A stretch of DNA of 48,662 nucleotides from a virus (lineage: Duplodnaviria > Heunggongvirae > Uroviricota > Caudoviricetes). The notes below the pieces were generated by a model. It saw nothing but the letters and a program-made list of their open reading frames with translations, did not search any database and was not told the DNA's origin. The stretch lies in the IMG/VR virus record IMGVR_UViG_2547132418_000015. One strand, written 5' to 3'. Positions within the stretch are counted from its first letter, which is position 1. Every line of letters starts with the position of its first letter. Of this stretch, positions 11,592 to 21,319 are shown in pieces. The position numbers and the translations under genes are program-made.

Positions 11592-12016
11592 CAGATAAAC
11601 CCCTTCTGTTTTCGTGAAAAAACAGGTGGATCAGACTGAATCTGCACAAGATCCTCTCCCTCCGGAGAGGCTGCCGTCCTGCTTTCCACACCCGGATCTG
11701 TTTTGCCATCACGTACCTGTTCCAGCCAGCGCACCGTGTCCCTGTAAGTTGCGGTGATCTGCTCGGTGGGTTGTGATTCATTCAGATAAAACCAGGCCAC
11801 CACGCAACACTGCCGTTTCAGCAGTGAGGGGACGACGGTAAGCGGCAGAACAAAGCGCGCGGCGAGATAGCCATCAATAAAGGCCGAGGCATCTGCCAGT
11901 GCCTGTTCTGCCACGGCATCATCCGGCTGCCCGTCCGCTGTTTTAGGGCGGGTGAGAATATCCAGCCGCGTACGTGTATAGCGGGCGCACAGGTCATTTA
12001 CCGTCGCGTAATTCAT
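11591..12016 (-). CDS. Head-tail connector protein (Mu gp36-like)
   Basis: 141-aa ORF, synteny. Confidence 0.65.
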   Translation of the reverse strand: MNYATVNDLCARYTRTRLDILTRPKTADGQPDDAVAEQALADASAFIDGYLAARFVLPLTVVPSLLKRQCCVVAWFYLNESQPTEQITATYRDTVRWLEQVRDGKTDPGVESRTAASPEGEDLVQIQSDPPVFSRKQKGFI

Positions 12017-12423
12017 GCATCCGCCTCAGCCAGCGCCGCTTTGATTTGCGCACTGCTCACCGGTTCCCCCAGCGCCGCACTGACGGCTTTCACTTTGGGT
12101 TCTCCCCCTGCGGTAAAGTGTTCCGGGTTTGCCTTATCCAGACCGGCAAGGGTCGCACGGATACGGGCGTTCAGATCGCCCACACCCAGAACGTCCAGCC
12201 CCCCAGCCTCAGCGAGCGTTTCTGCTGACGATGCAGATACCACAGACAGCACGCTGTCGGCACGAATGATCGCCAGTTGTTCTTCGGTGACTTCCACGGT
12301 GTTTTCGCCACGTGTAAAGGCGATTCCGGCGCGGCGGTAGACCGGACGAAGGCATTTAATAATCGCCGTGCAAGTGATGCGAGAAGTGTCCAGCCGTTGT
12401 GAATTAAGCGAAGTCCCTGACAT
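12013..12423 (-). CDS. Head-associated protein (Mu gp35-like)
   Basis: 136-aa ORF immediately downstream of the major capsid gene and its terminator. Confidence 0.6.
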   Translation of the reverse strand: MSGTSLNSQRLDTSRITCTAIIKCLRPVYRRAGIAFTRGENTVEVTEEQLAIIRADSVLSVVSASSAETLAEAGGLDVLGVGDLNARIRATLAGLDKANPEHFTAGGEPKVKAVSAALGEPVSSAQIKAALAEADA

Positions 12424-12456
12424 AACACATGCTCCTCCTTTTCCTTTATATCAGGT

Positions 12457-12481
12457 TAAAAGGCGGTCTGAACCGCCTTTT
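12457..12481 (-). terminator. Putative intrinsic terminator downstream of the major capsid gene
   Basis: AAAAGGCGGTCTGAACCGCCTTTT hairpin 8 nt after the capsid stop. Confidence 0.5.
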
Positions 12482-12489
12482 AATGACGG

Positions 12490-13407
12490 TTACAGGTAGT
12501 CAGCGACAACCAGTTGCAGCTTGCCCTTCATCTCGTTGGAGACGGTGGTATTGCCATCCGCGAACAGTTCACGGTTAAGCAGTTGCTCTGCGGCTTTTTC
12601 CAGCCCGACCGGTACAACGATATGCGTCGGCTTCAGGCCCAGCTTCTTACCGCCATCACCTTCAAAAGAGCGCATCAGTTGCCAGCCCTTCCAGAGGTTA
12701 TCCAGCGTCAGATCGCCTTTTACCGCGACAGCCATCTGCCAGAAGCCGTAACCGGCAGCACGCCGGGCGCTGGCACCAAACAGGAACTCGTTATCCATAA
12801 AAACGTGGTCGTCATCGATACGGGTACGTGCGACCAGTTCGGGTTTGCGGCGCTCCTGGAAAATCAGCGGTTTGACTGCGCGGGAGCAGTCCAGCAGATA
12901 GAACGGCAGACCACTGAAGCTGTCCTGTTCAACGATGTTAGAGGTATTCTTTACGTCGCCCGTGCCGTCCACATTCGGATATACCGGATGCTCCTTGTCG
13001 AAGAAGTTCTGACCGTCATAGCAGTGCTGGGTAAAGCCATCTTTCAGAAGTTTAAAAATCAGCTCATCCGGCTGAACTGCCGCAGAACGCCCCATCTCCT
13101 GAAAAATCGGCGCATAAATACCCAGATTGTCATCCTCGAAGTCATCACGGGAAATACCCACGGTGCCTTCAAACGTTTTATTGGCGATGGAGTAGCCATG
13201 CGCTTGCATTTGCTGAATGGTTCGCTTACCCACCCATTCTTTCAGGGTCGGGAATTTACCCAGCCAGCCATAGGTATTGCTGCGGGTGGAAGAGTTCACC
13301 GCCATTGCAATTCTGCTGTACTGCGACGGGGCGTCTTCAAGACCGCCCTGAAAATCCTTACGCCAGGAGGTCATCAGGGCTTTAATGGATGCCGGGGTGA
13401 CAATCAT
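12490..13407 (-). CDS. Major capsid protein (Mu T-like)
   Basis: 305-aa ORF after the protease/scaffold gene. Confidence 0.88.
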   Translation of the reverse strand: MIVTPASIKALMTSWRKDFQGGLEDAPSQYSRIAMAVNSSTRSNTYGWLGKFPTLKEWVGKRTIQQMQAHGYSIANKTFEGTVGISRDDFEDDNLGIYAPIFQEMGRSAAVQPDELIFKLLKDGFTQHCYDGQNFFDKEHPVYPNVDGTGDVKNTSNIVEQDSFSGLPFYLLDCSRAVKPLIFQERRKPELVARTRIDDDHVFMDNEFLFGASARRAAGYGFWQMAVAVKGDLTLDNLWKGWQLMRSFEGDGGKKLGLKPTHIVVPVGLEKAAEQLLNRELFADGNTTVSNEMKGKLQLVVADYL

Positions 13408-14489
13408 TTTTCTTGTTCCTGTTTCATTTTCAGATACTCAGCCTCAGTAATGCCGAGCGCCTTCACTGCTGCCTGTTCATCAGCAGACAGCACCGCCACC
13501 GCCGGTTTTTCCTGTGACGGTTTTTTCGCTGTGGTGGTCTGCATGGCAGATAACGCAGCGATGGGCTGTTTTTCCTCAAGCTGTGCCGACAGTGCCGCCA
13601 CGCCAATCTGACCGCCAAGCTGTTCCAGGTAAGTGCGTTCGCTTTTGAAAATGCGGCCTTCCTGTTCCGCCTTGTCCAGAACGGCGCTCAGGCTGGCTGC
13701 GGCGCTTTGTGCAGTCGCCTGTGCCAGTTCATCACGCAGGGCGTTGTAGCTTTCCACCGGGACGTATTTCGTCAGGTCAACGGCGGCTTTCTGTGCCTTT
13801 TCCAGTTCGGCGGATAACGACGCCACTTTTCCGGCATCTGTTTCGAGTGCATCAAGCGCACTCAGGGCCGCACTGGCCTGTTCATCGGTGATGTCTGCAT
13901 TTTCGGGGACCGTCACTCCAAGACGCGCAAGCAGCTTGCGCAGCGTTTCATTCATGGGTTTGTTCTCCTGTTGAAGGATGTCGGGAAGGTCTGCCGCCAG
14001 TGCGGTCAGCTTTTTCATGCCGGTGGCACCGGGGTCATTGGTCAGCGCAGCAAGGCGGATTTGCAGCACCGCACCGGTGGCGGTGTCATACGGAAAAACC
14101 GCAGAGAGATAACCAAATTCGCCGTCATCGATGCGCTGCTGCGCCGCCGCCGTCCAGCGTGGGTGGATAAATAATCCTTCCCCTTCACGCCACTGCATTT
14201 CATCGGCGTTAAACCAGCCAGCCGCGACGAGTTGTTCCGGGGGTAATCCTTTGTCCTTACGTAGCTGGTTATGCTCGTAATCAATCAGTACGTCCTGGTT
14301 GAGCGCGCGAACGCCTTCAACCAGACGCCCGGCAATCTCACCGTCGATGAACCACCCCTGACCACCTGTCACATCAAACGGGCGACCATCACGGGCACTG
14401 AAATGACCGGCAGGCAATAGCTGGCACCAGCCGTCATCGTCAATGGACAGCGCACTCAGTGCGGCAATGCCAATCGCGTGTTTTTTCAT
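13404..14489 (-). CDS. Head maturation protease/scaffold (Mu I-like)
   Basis: 361-aa ORF with Ala/Glu/Gln-rich coiled-coil-like C-terminus. Confidence 0.85.
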   Translation of the reverse strand: MKKHAIGIAALSALSIDDDGWCQLLPAGHFSARDGRPFDVTGGQGWFIDGEIAGRLVEGVRALNQDVLIDYEHNQLRKDKGLPPEQLVAAGWFNADEMQWREGEGLFIHPRWTAAAQQRIDDGEFGYLSAVFPYDTATGAVLQIRLAALTNDPGATGMKKLTALAADLPDILQQENKPMNETLRKLLARLGVTVPENADITDEQASAALSALDALETDAGKVASLSAELEKAQKAAVDLTKYVPVESYNALRDELAQATAQSAAASLSAVLDKAEQEGRIFKSERTYLEQLGGQIGVAALSAQLEEKQPIAALSAMQTTTAKKPSQEKPAVAVLSADEQAAVKALGITEAEYLKMKQEQEK

Positions 14490-14685
14490 GTCCTGCTGCT
14501 CATCATGGTTTGTGAGCAGTCAGTTTGCGGGAGGTGCGGGAAAATCTGGGGTTATGCTATTTGAGTACTGGAGAAAGAAAGTGGAAGGAAGATAAAACGG
14601 GATTCATACACCGTTAAATACCGGTTTAAAAATCCCGTGGCGCGTTTTAAAAAATCTGTGCAGCTGATTTTATGCCTGATTCTGT
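14490..14685. promoter_or_regulatory. G-I intergenic region: hairpin terminator after G, likely late promoter for I, possible strong gyrase site
   Basis: 196-bp non-coding gap about 18.05 kb from the prophage left end; stem CGGGATT...AATCCCG followed by T-run on the minus strand. Confidence 0.4.
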
Positions 14686-15156
14686 TTATTGCCTCAGAGC
14701 GGCGCTGACGCGTTTTCTGATGGCATCAAAAATTTCCTGTTCCCCGGTCTTATCCAGCCCCATATAAGGACGCGCAGGAACGCCTGCCGGGCGGGGTGCC
14801 ATATCGGGTGTACCGCCCCACTGATGAATGGCAGCATAAATTTTTGGCGAACCAATCAGGGCATAATCCTGTCCATAATCGGTGGTAATACTGCGTGCCA
14901 GATCGCCATGCAGGGTAAGAATACTGCCCGGAACAAAACCATGATCCTGACGCCATGCCTGCCACGAATCGCTCCATGCTTCCCAGCCTTTCCCTGTATC
15001 CGGATCTGCCTGCCGTTCAAATGCCTGTTCCGTGGATGACAGCAGCGCCGCAGACATCACACGGGGAATGGCGCGGTCACGTGTGACGGTTCCCAGTTCA
15101 TCCAGCGCAAGCTGAATACGTCGCACATCCACGGCAACGTTCATATCAAGACTCAC
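14686..15156 (-). CDS. Virion morphogenesis protein (Mu G-like)
   Basis: 156-aa ORF following the F-like gene. Confidence 0.8.
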   Translation of the reverse strand: MSLDMNVAVDVRRIQLALDELGTVTRDRAIPRVMSAALLSSTEQAFERQADPDTGKGWEAWSDSWQAWRQDHGFVPGSILTLHGDLARSITTDYGQDYALIGSPKIYAAIHQWGGTPDMAPRPAGVPARPYMGLDKTGEQEIFDAIRKRVSAALRQ

Positions 15157-16472
15157 TTATTCACCTCCACATGCCCCTCCAGTACGTCAATCATCCCGTC
15201 AGCAATCGCGGCTTCAAGCGACTGTGCAGATACGCGGCTGATACTGACCAGCACATCCGCCCGGTCATTCTGTTTGCTGACAGCCTGCGATGTTCTGACC
15301 ACAACTTTTGCAGTGCCGTCGCGGGTTGCCACAACATACAGCAACTGGTGGTTCTCCCTGTCCCACAATACCGCCTGTGGTTTTGCCATCAGCGACGGCA
15401 GACGCTGTAAATCTTCCGGTTTCAGGGCGGCATCAGCAGTGGTCGCCAGACTTTTCCCGTTCATCACAAGCAGACGGGCTGGCATATTCCCGGTGCGCTG
15501 ATGTACGGCTTCAGCCACGGATCCCGTCATAAAACCCAGCGCCCGGATTTCATGACCGGTCTGACGTGATCCTGCCAGGCGTTTAAGCCAGAGGGAAAAA
15601 GCAAGCTGACGCTCCCGGCTGTTATTCAGCGTCTGCACAACCTGCTCACGCAGCTGCGCGTCGTGAATTTCCACCAGTTTTCGAATCAGTGCCTGATCCG
15701 TACCAAATGCTGCCGAACCGGGGTTATATGACCAGCCCACATCCGGCGTCATTTTTACCTGACCGTTGTCAAACGTGGTTGACGATGTGCGGAAAATCTC
15801 GCCGGTGCTTTCATCCGTACCGGCATCCACTTCGCGGGTATTCATGAATGACGCACCATAACTGACCTGTAGCCCCAGTTCTTTCATGCGGGCCGCAGAC
15901 AGCGCCCGGACGCGACAGCGGCAGCGCCAGCCGTTCGGCGGGTAATGCGTCTGCCAGAAAATGTCGTCATACCGGAAAACCACATTGTGCAGCCGCGCAT
16001 GTTCCGGGCGCGTTCTGCTGTCCATAACGGCGACATACTGCCAGTACGGATACAGGTCCGCCGTGTTCATCATCTGCGCATAACGTCCCGCCGCATATGC
16101 TGTACGGGTGTTGACGTCATAAATGGTTGCCAGACGACGCGGACTGCCCAGCTCAATTTTCTTCGCGTTTCCGTCTGTATCCACGATGATTTGTTTTCCC
16201 CACCATCCGAGTTTTTGCAGCCGGGGGGCCAGTGTGCGGGTAAATTCCTCACGGGTGATACCTTCACTGACAGCCCGCTCCACTTCCTCACGGATTGTGG
16301 TCAGTACATCCATCCGGGTGGCTTTGGCAACGGTAAAGGCGCGGGCGTGCGCGTCTGCCAGTTGTTCGTACCAGTTCCAGGTGATGTTGTAGCCTTTGGC
16401 GCGGAAATACGCGACAGCCTCCTTTGGCGGGAGGCGTGCGGCATACGCCAGATCAATGGTCTGCTGCGGCAT
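15153..16472 (-). CDS. Head morphogenesis protein (Mu F-like)
   Basis: ORF 15153..16508; ATG at 16472 (MPQQTIDLAYAA...) has a GGGGG ribosome-binding site; the 16508 start is GTG. Confidence 0.82.
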   Translation of the reverse strand: MPQQTIDLAYAARLPPKEAVAYFRAKGYNITWNWYEQLADAHARAFTVAKATRMDVLTTIREEVERAVSEGITREEFTRTLAPRLQKLGWWGKQIIVDTDGNAKKIELGSPRRLATIYDVNTRTAYAAGRYAQMMNTADLYPYWQYVAVMDSRTRPEHARLHNVVFRYDDIFWQTHYPPNGWRCRCRVRALSAARMKELGLQVSYGASFMNTREVDAGTDESTGEIFRTSSTTFDNGQVKMTPDVGWSYNPGSAAFGTDQALIRKLVEIHDAQLREQVVQTLNNSRERQLAFSLWLKRLAGSRQTGHEIRALGFMTGSVAEAVHQRTGNMPARLLVMNGKSLATTADAALKPEDLQRLPSLMAKPQAVLWDRENHQLLYVVATRDGTAKVVVRTSQAVSKQNDRADVLVSISRVSAQSLEAAIADGMIDVLEGHVEVNK

Positions 16473-17991
16473 CCAGACGCCCCCATATATCGGCAACAAA
16501 AATGGCACGGGTCAGCATGTCGATAAGTTCTGCATCATCCATCTGCGGATATAATGAAGCGGCTTTGTTCATGGCGGCTTCCGGGCCATCTTTCAGCACA
16601 GAAAAAATGACGGGTTTCAGCAGGGGATCAACCGAACGCTGCCAGTCTTCCGGTGACACGCCCATCCGGTCGATATCATCCTCCTGCGGGATATCTTCAG
16701 CGGATAATGCGGCTTCTTTCTGCGGACCGTTATCCGGGACAACCGGTTGAGCAGTAAACACGGCTTCGTCACCGACCGGCTGTGGAATATGGAGTTTTTC
16801 CTGTATCCAGGAGACCGGAATACGCATTCCCGCCGCCAGTTTCGGAATGGCGTCAGACAGTGCCGTAATATCACCCGCTTCACTGGTATCAAACACAATG
16901 CCCGGCAGGCGGTTAATATCAATGGTGCTGTCACTGTTCAGTGCCAGCAGGGGATAAATCAGGTCACGGTTAATACTGCGGGCAAGCTGGCCCACATCCG
17001 CGTTACGGATTTCCCGGCGAACCTCATCATGCACTTCACCCAGCGACCGTGCACCTTTATCGCCGGCCTCTGTGGTCAGGGTGCCGCCCAGAATGGCTTT
17101 TGAAATCGCTTTTTCTGCCCAGCCAATCATCGCCATAAAGGGGTCTGACTGACCATCTGCGGCGCTCTGAAAATCCAGCGTCATCCCCATCGGAATAATG
17201 CCACCGGCACGTCGCCCGATATCCATCACGGCCTGCATCAGCGTGGCTTTCTCACGGTTCGTGGAGCCGGTCGGATATTTACCGACGCGCATGGGGAGTC
17301 CGTAAATTTCCAGAAACTCTGCAAAATCACGCACGGAATAGTTTTTAAAAATAAAAGGCCAGATAAGCGTGCGCACAAGGCCATTGGTGCCAACGTACCC
17401 GGTGCGGGATTTGGCCCGGTGCATAAACCAGCCGAACGGTTGCAGCTCCAGCCCGTGATAAGACGCATCACACAGGCGTAATTCGTTCAGATTGTCGGGG
17501 TTCGCACAGAACAGCGCCGGATCGCGATGATGCAGCGCCACCGGCACGCGCATTTTGCCCAGCCATCCCCATTCAATCTCCTGCATGGAATAACCCTTGA
17601 GAATGGCATCACCGGCATCAAACAGGGCATCTTCAAACCACGCCGCATCATGCAGATATTCATTCAGCATGTCGGCGTCTTTTTTCTCCTGTGCGCTGGC
17701 ATCACGTGCCGGAGCGATGCGCCATTCCAGCGCCTGAATGGCAAGCCGGCGTTTGCTCAGTTCGGAAAAAAGGTGGGTGTCCTTTTCTTCCATATCAAAG
17801 GCCAGGTCAGCCTGTGCGGTCAGATCACCGCGTTCGGCATCACGCAGCATCTGCGCGGCCCGGTTCGGCGTCACACCACTGGAAGGATGCTCCTGCGTAC
17901 GCTTCATGACCATTGCCAGCTCATCGCTGCGGGTCTGCATTTCATCGTCAAAATCAAACGGCTGCCCGGAAATATCCAGAATACGGCCCAT
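16453..17991 (-). CDS. Portal protein (Mu H-like)
   Basis: 512-aa ORF directly downstream of the large terminase. Confidence 0.88.
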   Translation of the reverse strand: MGRILDISGQPFDFDDEMQTRSDELAMVMKRTQEHPSSGVTPNRAAQMLRDAERGDLTAQADLAFDMEEKDTHLFSELSKRRLAIQALEWRIAPARDASAQEKKDADMLNEYLHDAAWFEDALFDAGDAILKGYSMQEIEWGWLGKMRVPVALHHRDPALFCANPDNLNELRLCDASYHGLELQPFGWFMHRAKSRTGYVGTNGLVRTLIWPFIFKNYSVRDFAEFLEIYGLPMRVGKYPTGSTNREKATLMQAVMDIGRRAGGIIPMGMTLDFQSAADGQSDPFMAMIGWAEKAISKAILGGTLTTEAGDKGARSLGEVHDEVRREIRNADVGQLARSINRDLIYPLLALNSDSTIDINRLPGIVFDTSEAGDITALSDAIPKLAAGMRIPVSWIQEKLHIPQPVGDEAVFTAQPVVPDNGPQKEAALSAEDIPQEDDIDRMGVSPEDWQRSVDPLLKPVIFSVLKDGPEAAMNKAASLYPQMDDAELIDMLTRAIFVADIWGRLDAAADH

Positions 17992-19646
17992 TACCAGCCC
18001 CCTCGTTCAAACTGGTGATAATCATCAAAATCATCGTTATCAACATCATCACCACGGTGGCGTGGTGGTAGCGGACGAACGCTGTCCTCGTCGATAACAA
18101 AACCATTCATATAAGACGCCCTGACAGCCATACAGAGCGCCACGGCAAAGTCGCCATGTCGTCGGCCTTTACCACCTTCATCTTTTGTGCGCCCCTTATC
18201 AATCTGCGGAATACCTTTGTCCACCTTGATGTGGAGCAGGTCATCAAGTGTGGTCTGGTGCCGGGCAATCGTGATGTTCTGCGCCTCAAACTCGCCTTTC
18301 AGTTTGGGCATCCACTCCTGATACCAGGATGCGGTCAGATTCACACAGTCGATCATCTCCGGGCCATAAATCAGACGGGCGGCTTCTGCCAGATAACCGC
18401 CGTTACCGGTGGCATCAAATGCAGCGCCGGTAAAACGGGGCAAACGGGACAGAATGAATAAAAGGATTTGTCGCTGCTGGTCATAGGTCACATTACGCAG
18501 CTCCACGCGGAAACATTCGCGTTTGCGTAAGTCAGGCGTGATGGCAAGCGGCACAAACACCGTCAGGTCGCCACGGCGTGCAAAGTCTTCGCCCAGTACG
18601 TGTTTATTGAGCGGCGACAGCGCATCGAGCAACGGGAGCAGCTCCTGTTCACACCAGTCCTGAACGATGCCGTGGCGCATTTGTGGTGTCAGCGATTCAA
18701 AATCGTCCGGGGCTTCAAAACGCAGAACCGGGATATCCCGCGCGGGTGTCATGGCAGCTTCAATCAGCACGCGTGACAGATAAGCGCCCCCGGATTTTTT
18801 AGGAATGCAGCCGTATTCCTCGTCGGCGCTCTCTTTATTCGGCGCATTCCGGTACAGGCCATCACGCCAGGCTTTTTCCGCTTCCGGCGACCACGGCTGA
18901 TTCGTGACGTAACAGATACGCCGGTACAACCCGTCAGCGATGGCATCATCCAGCGTGATGCGGTGAACGCTGTAATCCTTGCGCCCCTCGCGCGCATCCT
19001 GAATGTACTGGTTAAACAGGTTATCGACGCCGTTATGTGTCGATATGATGCGCACGCTGGCACCCCACATGTTTAGTGCAAAGGCCGCTTTCAGCAGTTC
19101 GTCCAGGGCTTCATGGAATGCCGCCTCATCAATCACCACGTCCCCCTGCAAACCACGCAGGTTAGACGGACGGCTTGACAGCGCCTGTATCTTAAATCCG
19201 CTGTTCGGAAAGCGGATCATGTAGGTGAGGATTTCTTCTTTTTTGTCGCTGTCCCAGAAGGTCTGCTCCCAGACGTCAGCCTTTGCCAGCTGGTTAAAGG
19301 CGCGGGCAAACAGGGCACAGGCGGCGATGTATTCCAGCGCCATTTCCTGACGGGAACCCACATAAAAGACGTTGCGACCACCGCGACGCTTCGGCTTTGC
19401 GGCCGTCATGACATTGCGGCCCGCTTCAGCCCATGTCAGACCGGTACGACGGGATTTTTCAGCGATGCAAATCTGGCTTTCATCCTCAAACCAGCGGCGC
19501 TGATAGCCCAGAAAAACCGGTTCATTGCGGGGCTGTGCTTCCCCGATATCGGTCACGATATTCACGCCGAGCAGTCCGGCTTCCTCACGCAGGTTGATTT
19601 TGCGGGGCGCATGAAGGGCTTTAAGATTGTTTTCTCTGGTGTTCAT
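17991..19646 (-). CDS. Terminase large subunit
   Basis: ORF 17991..19838; start placed at ATG 19646 (MNTRENNLKALHAPRK...) to avoid overlap with the small subunit. Confidence 0.88.
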   Translation of the reverse strand: MNTRENNLKALHAPRKINLREEAGLLGVNIVTDIGEAQPRNEPVFLGYQRRWFEDESQICIAEKSRRTGLTWAEAGRNVMTAAKPKRRGGRNVFYVGSRQEMALEYIAACALFARAFNQLAKADVWEQTFWDSDKKEEILTYMIRFPNSGFKIQALSSRPSNLRGLQGDVVIDEAAFHEALDELLKAAFALNMWGASVRIISTHNGVDNLFNQYIQDAREGRKDYSVHRITLDDAIADGLYRRICYVTNQPWSPEAEKAWRDGLYRNAPNKESADEEYGCIPKKSGGAYLSRVLIEAAMTPARDIPVLRFEAPDDFESLTPQMRHGIVQDWCEQELLPLLDALSPLNKHVLGEDFARRGDLTVFVPLAITPDLRKRECFRVELRNVTYDQQRQILLFILSRLPRFTGAAFDATGNGGYLAEAARLIYGPEMIDCVNLTASWYQEWMPKLKGEFEAQNITIARHQTTLDDLLHIKVDKGIPQIDKGRTKDEGGKGRRHGDFAVALCMAVRASYMNGFVIDEDSVRPLPPRHRGDDVDNDDFDDYHQFERGGW

Positions 19647-19653
19647 AACCCTC

Positions 19654-20244
19654 TCATGCCTTACCCAGCAGCACATCACGGATACGCTGCTCCAGCTCTT
19701 CGCTGATGCCATCCTGCCCGCGCAGTTCTTCACTGACGGCGTTTGCCGCTTCTTCTGCGAATGCCTGGCGGATTTCTTTCTCGCGCCGGTGGCTGGACAT
19801 TGCCGTGGATTCCAGACGCTGTGCCGCCAGCATGGCATTTTTCAGCAGGTCAATATCCACGTCAGATTCCGGGTTTTCGATTTGCCGCATCATGGCCTTA
19901 AAAAGCTGGCTGCGGGCCATTTCCAGAATCAGCTTTGTGGTTTCTCCCATTGGCTTGTCGCCAAGTTCTGCGGTCAGTGCTGACGTCATTTCACGCATCT
20001 GTCGCAGGTTATGGCCTACCTGCTCGACGTTCGTCGCGTAACGGTTCAGACCGGAACGGGAGAGTTTCATCTCATCCGGCAGGCCTGCGTCTTCAATCAG
20101 TGCGTTAATTTCTTCCAGAATGCGGGCCTGTGGGATCGCTTTATCACGCAGCATTTCATGCAGCGTTTTACGTACGTTTTCCGGCAGTAAATCCACTTTT
20201 GAAGCCCGGCCCCGTGTTTTCCTGTCCATCACGCCTCCTGTCAT
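19654..20244 (-). CDS. Terminase small subunit-like protein (Mu gp27-like)
   Basis: 196-aa ORF immediately upstream of the large terminase. Confidence 0.75.
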   Translation of the reverse strand: MTGGVMDRKTRGRASKVDLLPENVRKTLHEMLRDKAIPQARILEEINALIEDAGLPDEMKLSRSGLNRYATNVEQVGHNLRQMREMTSALTAELGDKPMGETTKLILEMARSQLFKAMMRQIENPESDVDIDLLKNAMLAAQRLESTAMSSHRREKEIRQAFAEEAANAVSEELRGQDGISEELEQRIRDVLLGKA

Positions 20245-20531
20245 GCACGGGGACGAGGACGCTTGACACCGGCAACGCGGGCACGACCTTCTGCCACATC
20301 CTGACCCCGGGAAGTCAGCGTTACGACATAAAAGCCGCGCAGGTTTTCCACGGTGACCAGTTGCTGCTCTGCCAGCCAGTCAATCTGGCCGCGAACCACA
20401 TCGCGGGAAACGTTGTGTCCGTATGCATCCAGACAGTCCTGAAGGATGGATTCGTTGGCTTCGTTATTGCAGTCCATCAGGGAACGCAGGATGACCAGAC
20501 GACGGTCTTCGGTCAGAATATCGTTAATCAT
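20241..20531 (-). CDS. Mu gp26-like protein
   Basis: 96-aa ORF, translationally coupled to neighbours. Confidence 0.55.
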   Translation of the reverse strand: MINDILTEDRRLVILRSLMDCNNEANESILQDCLDAYGHNVSRDVVRGQIDWLAEQQLVTVENLRGFYVVTLTSRGQDVAEGRARVAGVKRPRPRA

Positions 20532-20845
20532 GAATTACTCCGGTTTACTGCGTTTTCAAGCAGCAGCTCCAGTTGATGGGAAAATGACTGCACCCGCTGG
20601 GACAGCACCCGGATATCACCGGACAGCTCTGCAATTCGCAGGCGCATTTCGTGTACATCTTCTGTGCCGGGGATGCTGGCGTAGCGGGTTTCCATTTCGG
20701 TCATCCGGTTTTCAAGACGCTCCACACGCTCGGTGCTGGCAAAACTACGACGCATCGCCCAGACGGCCCCCCCGGCCACAACAGGCAACAGGTAAGGCCA
20801 TAACGCTAAAACTGAAATCAAATCCATTATTCTGCTCCACGGCAC
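20528..20845 (-). CDS. Membrane protein with coiled-coil region, lysis-cassette associated
   Basis: 105-aa ORF with N-terminal hydrophobic segment ISVLALWPYLLPVVAGGAVWAM. Confidence 0.5.
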   Translation of the reverse strand: MPWSRIMDLISVLALWPYLLPVVAGGAVWAMRRSFASTERVERLENRMTEMETRYASIPGTEDVHEMRLRIAELSGDIRVLSQRVQSFSHQLELLLENAVNRSNS

Positions 20846-21021
20846 CAGTGGCAGTAGTTCGCCATCGGCTGCTGTCTCAGCACATCAGGCCGCAGCTCAC
20901 GACCGCAACCGGCACACAATACAGGCGGGTCATACGCCGCCGGGCGGGGAATATCACGGGTATCCCCCTGCCAGAGTTCAGCGAGCAGCAGCGCCAGCGC
21001 CCGGTTCTGGTCTTCGTTCAT
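20827..21021 (-). CDS. Small Cys-containing protein, possible zinc ribbon
   Basis: 64-aa ORF with CAGCG...CHWC. Confidence 0.45.
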   Translation of the reverse strand: MNEDQNRALALLLAELWQGDTRDIPRPAAYDPPVLCAGCGRELRPDVLRQQPMANYCHWCRGAE

Positions 21022-21319
21022 AAATTTCTTTCCTTCGGGTCTCCTGTTCCCGGACTGATGCCTTGTCGCGGTTGCACTGCCCGAGCGCCATCAACAGGTC
21101 AGCATTCCAGAGAAGGGATGCTCCCCACGTCAGGGGCTGTGGCATGGGCGGAACGGGCGTTGCTTCCGTCAGTTCTGCATCAGTTTCGGGCTGGAGCACC
21201 ACCGATGGCACGGGTGCGTTTTTCGAGTTCCCGCAACCTGTCAGCAGCAACGGCAGGCACAGGACGAGTGCTGCAATTGTCACCGGTAATGGCGGTTGTA
21301 ATTTTTTGTTTTGCATCAT
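20978..21319 (-). CDS. Outer-membrane spanin lipoprotein (Rz1-like)
   Basis: Starts MMQNKKLQPPLPVTIAALVLCLPLLLTGC (signal peptide plus lipobox LTGC); overlaps the i-spanin 3' end in another frame. Confidence 0.65.
   Translation of the reverse strand: MMQNKKLQPPLPVTIAALVLCLPLLLTGCGNSKNAPVPSVVLQPETDAELTEATPVPPMPQPLTWGASLLWNADLLMALGQCNRDKASVREQETRRKEIYERRPEPGAGAAAR

Noticed and set aside
12514-13611. 365-aa plus-strand ORF
   Set aside because: It is antisense to the well-supported major capsid and protease genes, has no ribosome-binding site and an Ala/Gly/Arg-rich composition typical of antisense frames in GC-rich DNA.
14490-14685. Anti-CRISPR-type cargo between G and the protease gene
   Set aside because: The gap is only 196 bp with no ORF; nothing is inserted at this position.
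19647-19838. Longer large-terminase ORF starting at 19838
   Set aside because: It would overlap the small-subunit gene by about 185 nt; the ATG at 19646 gives a conventional start.
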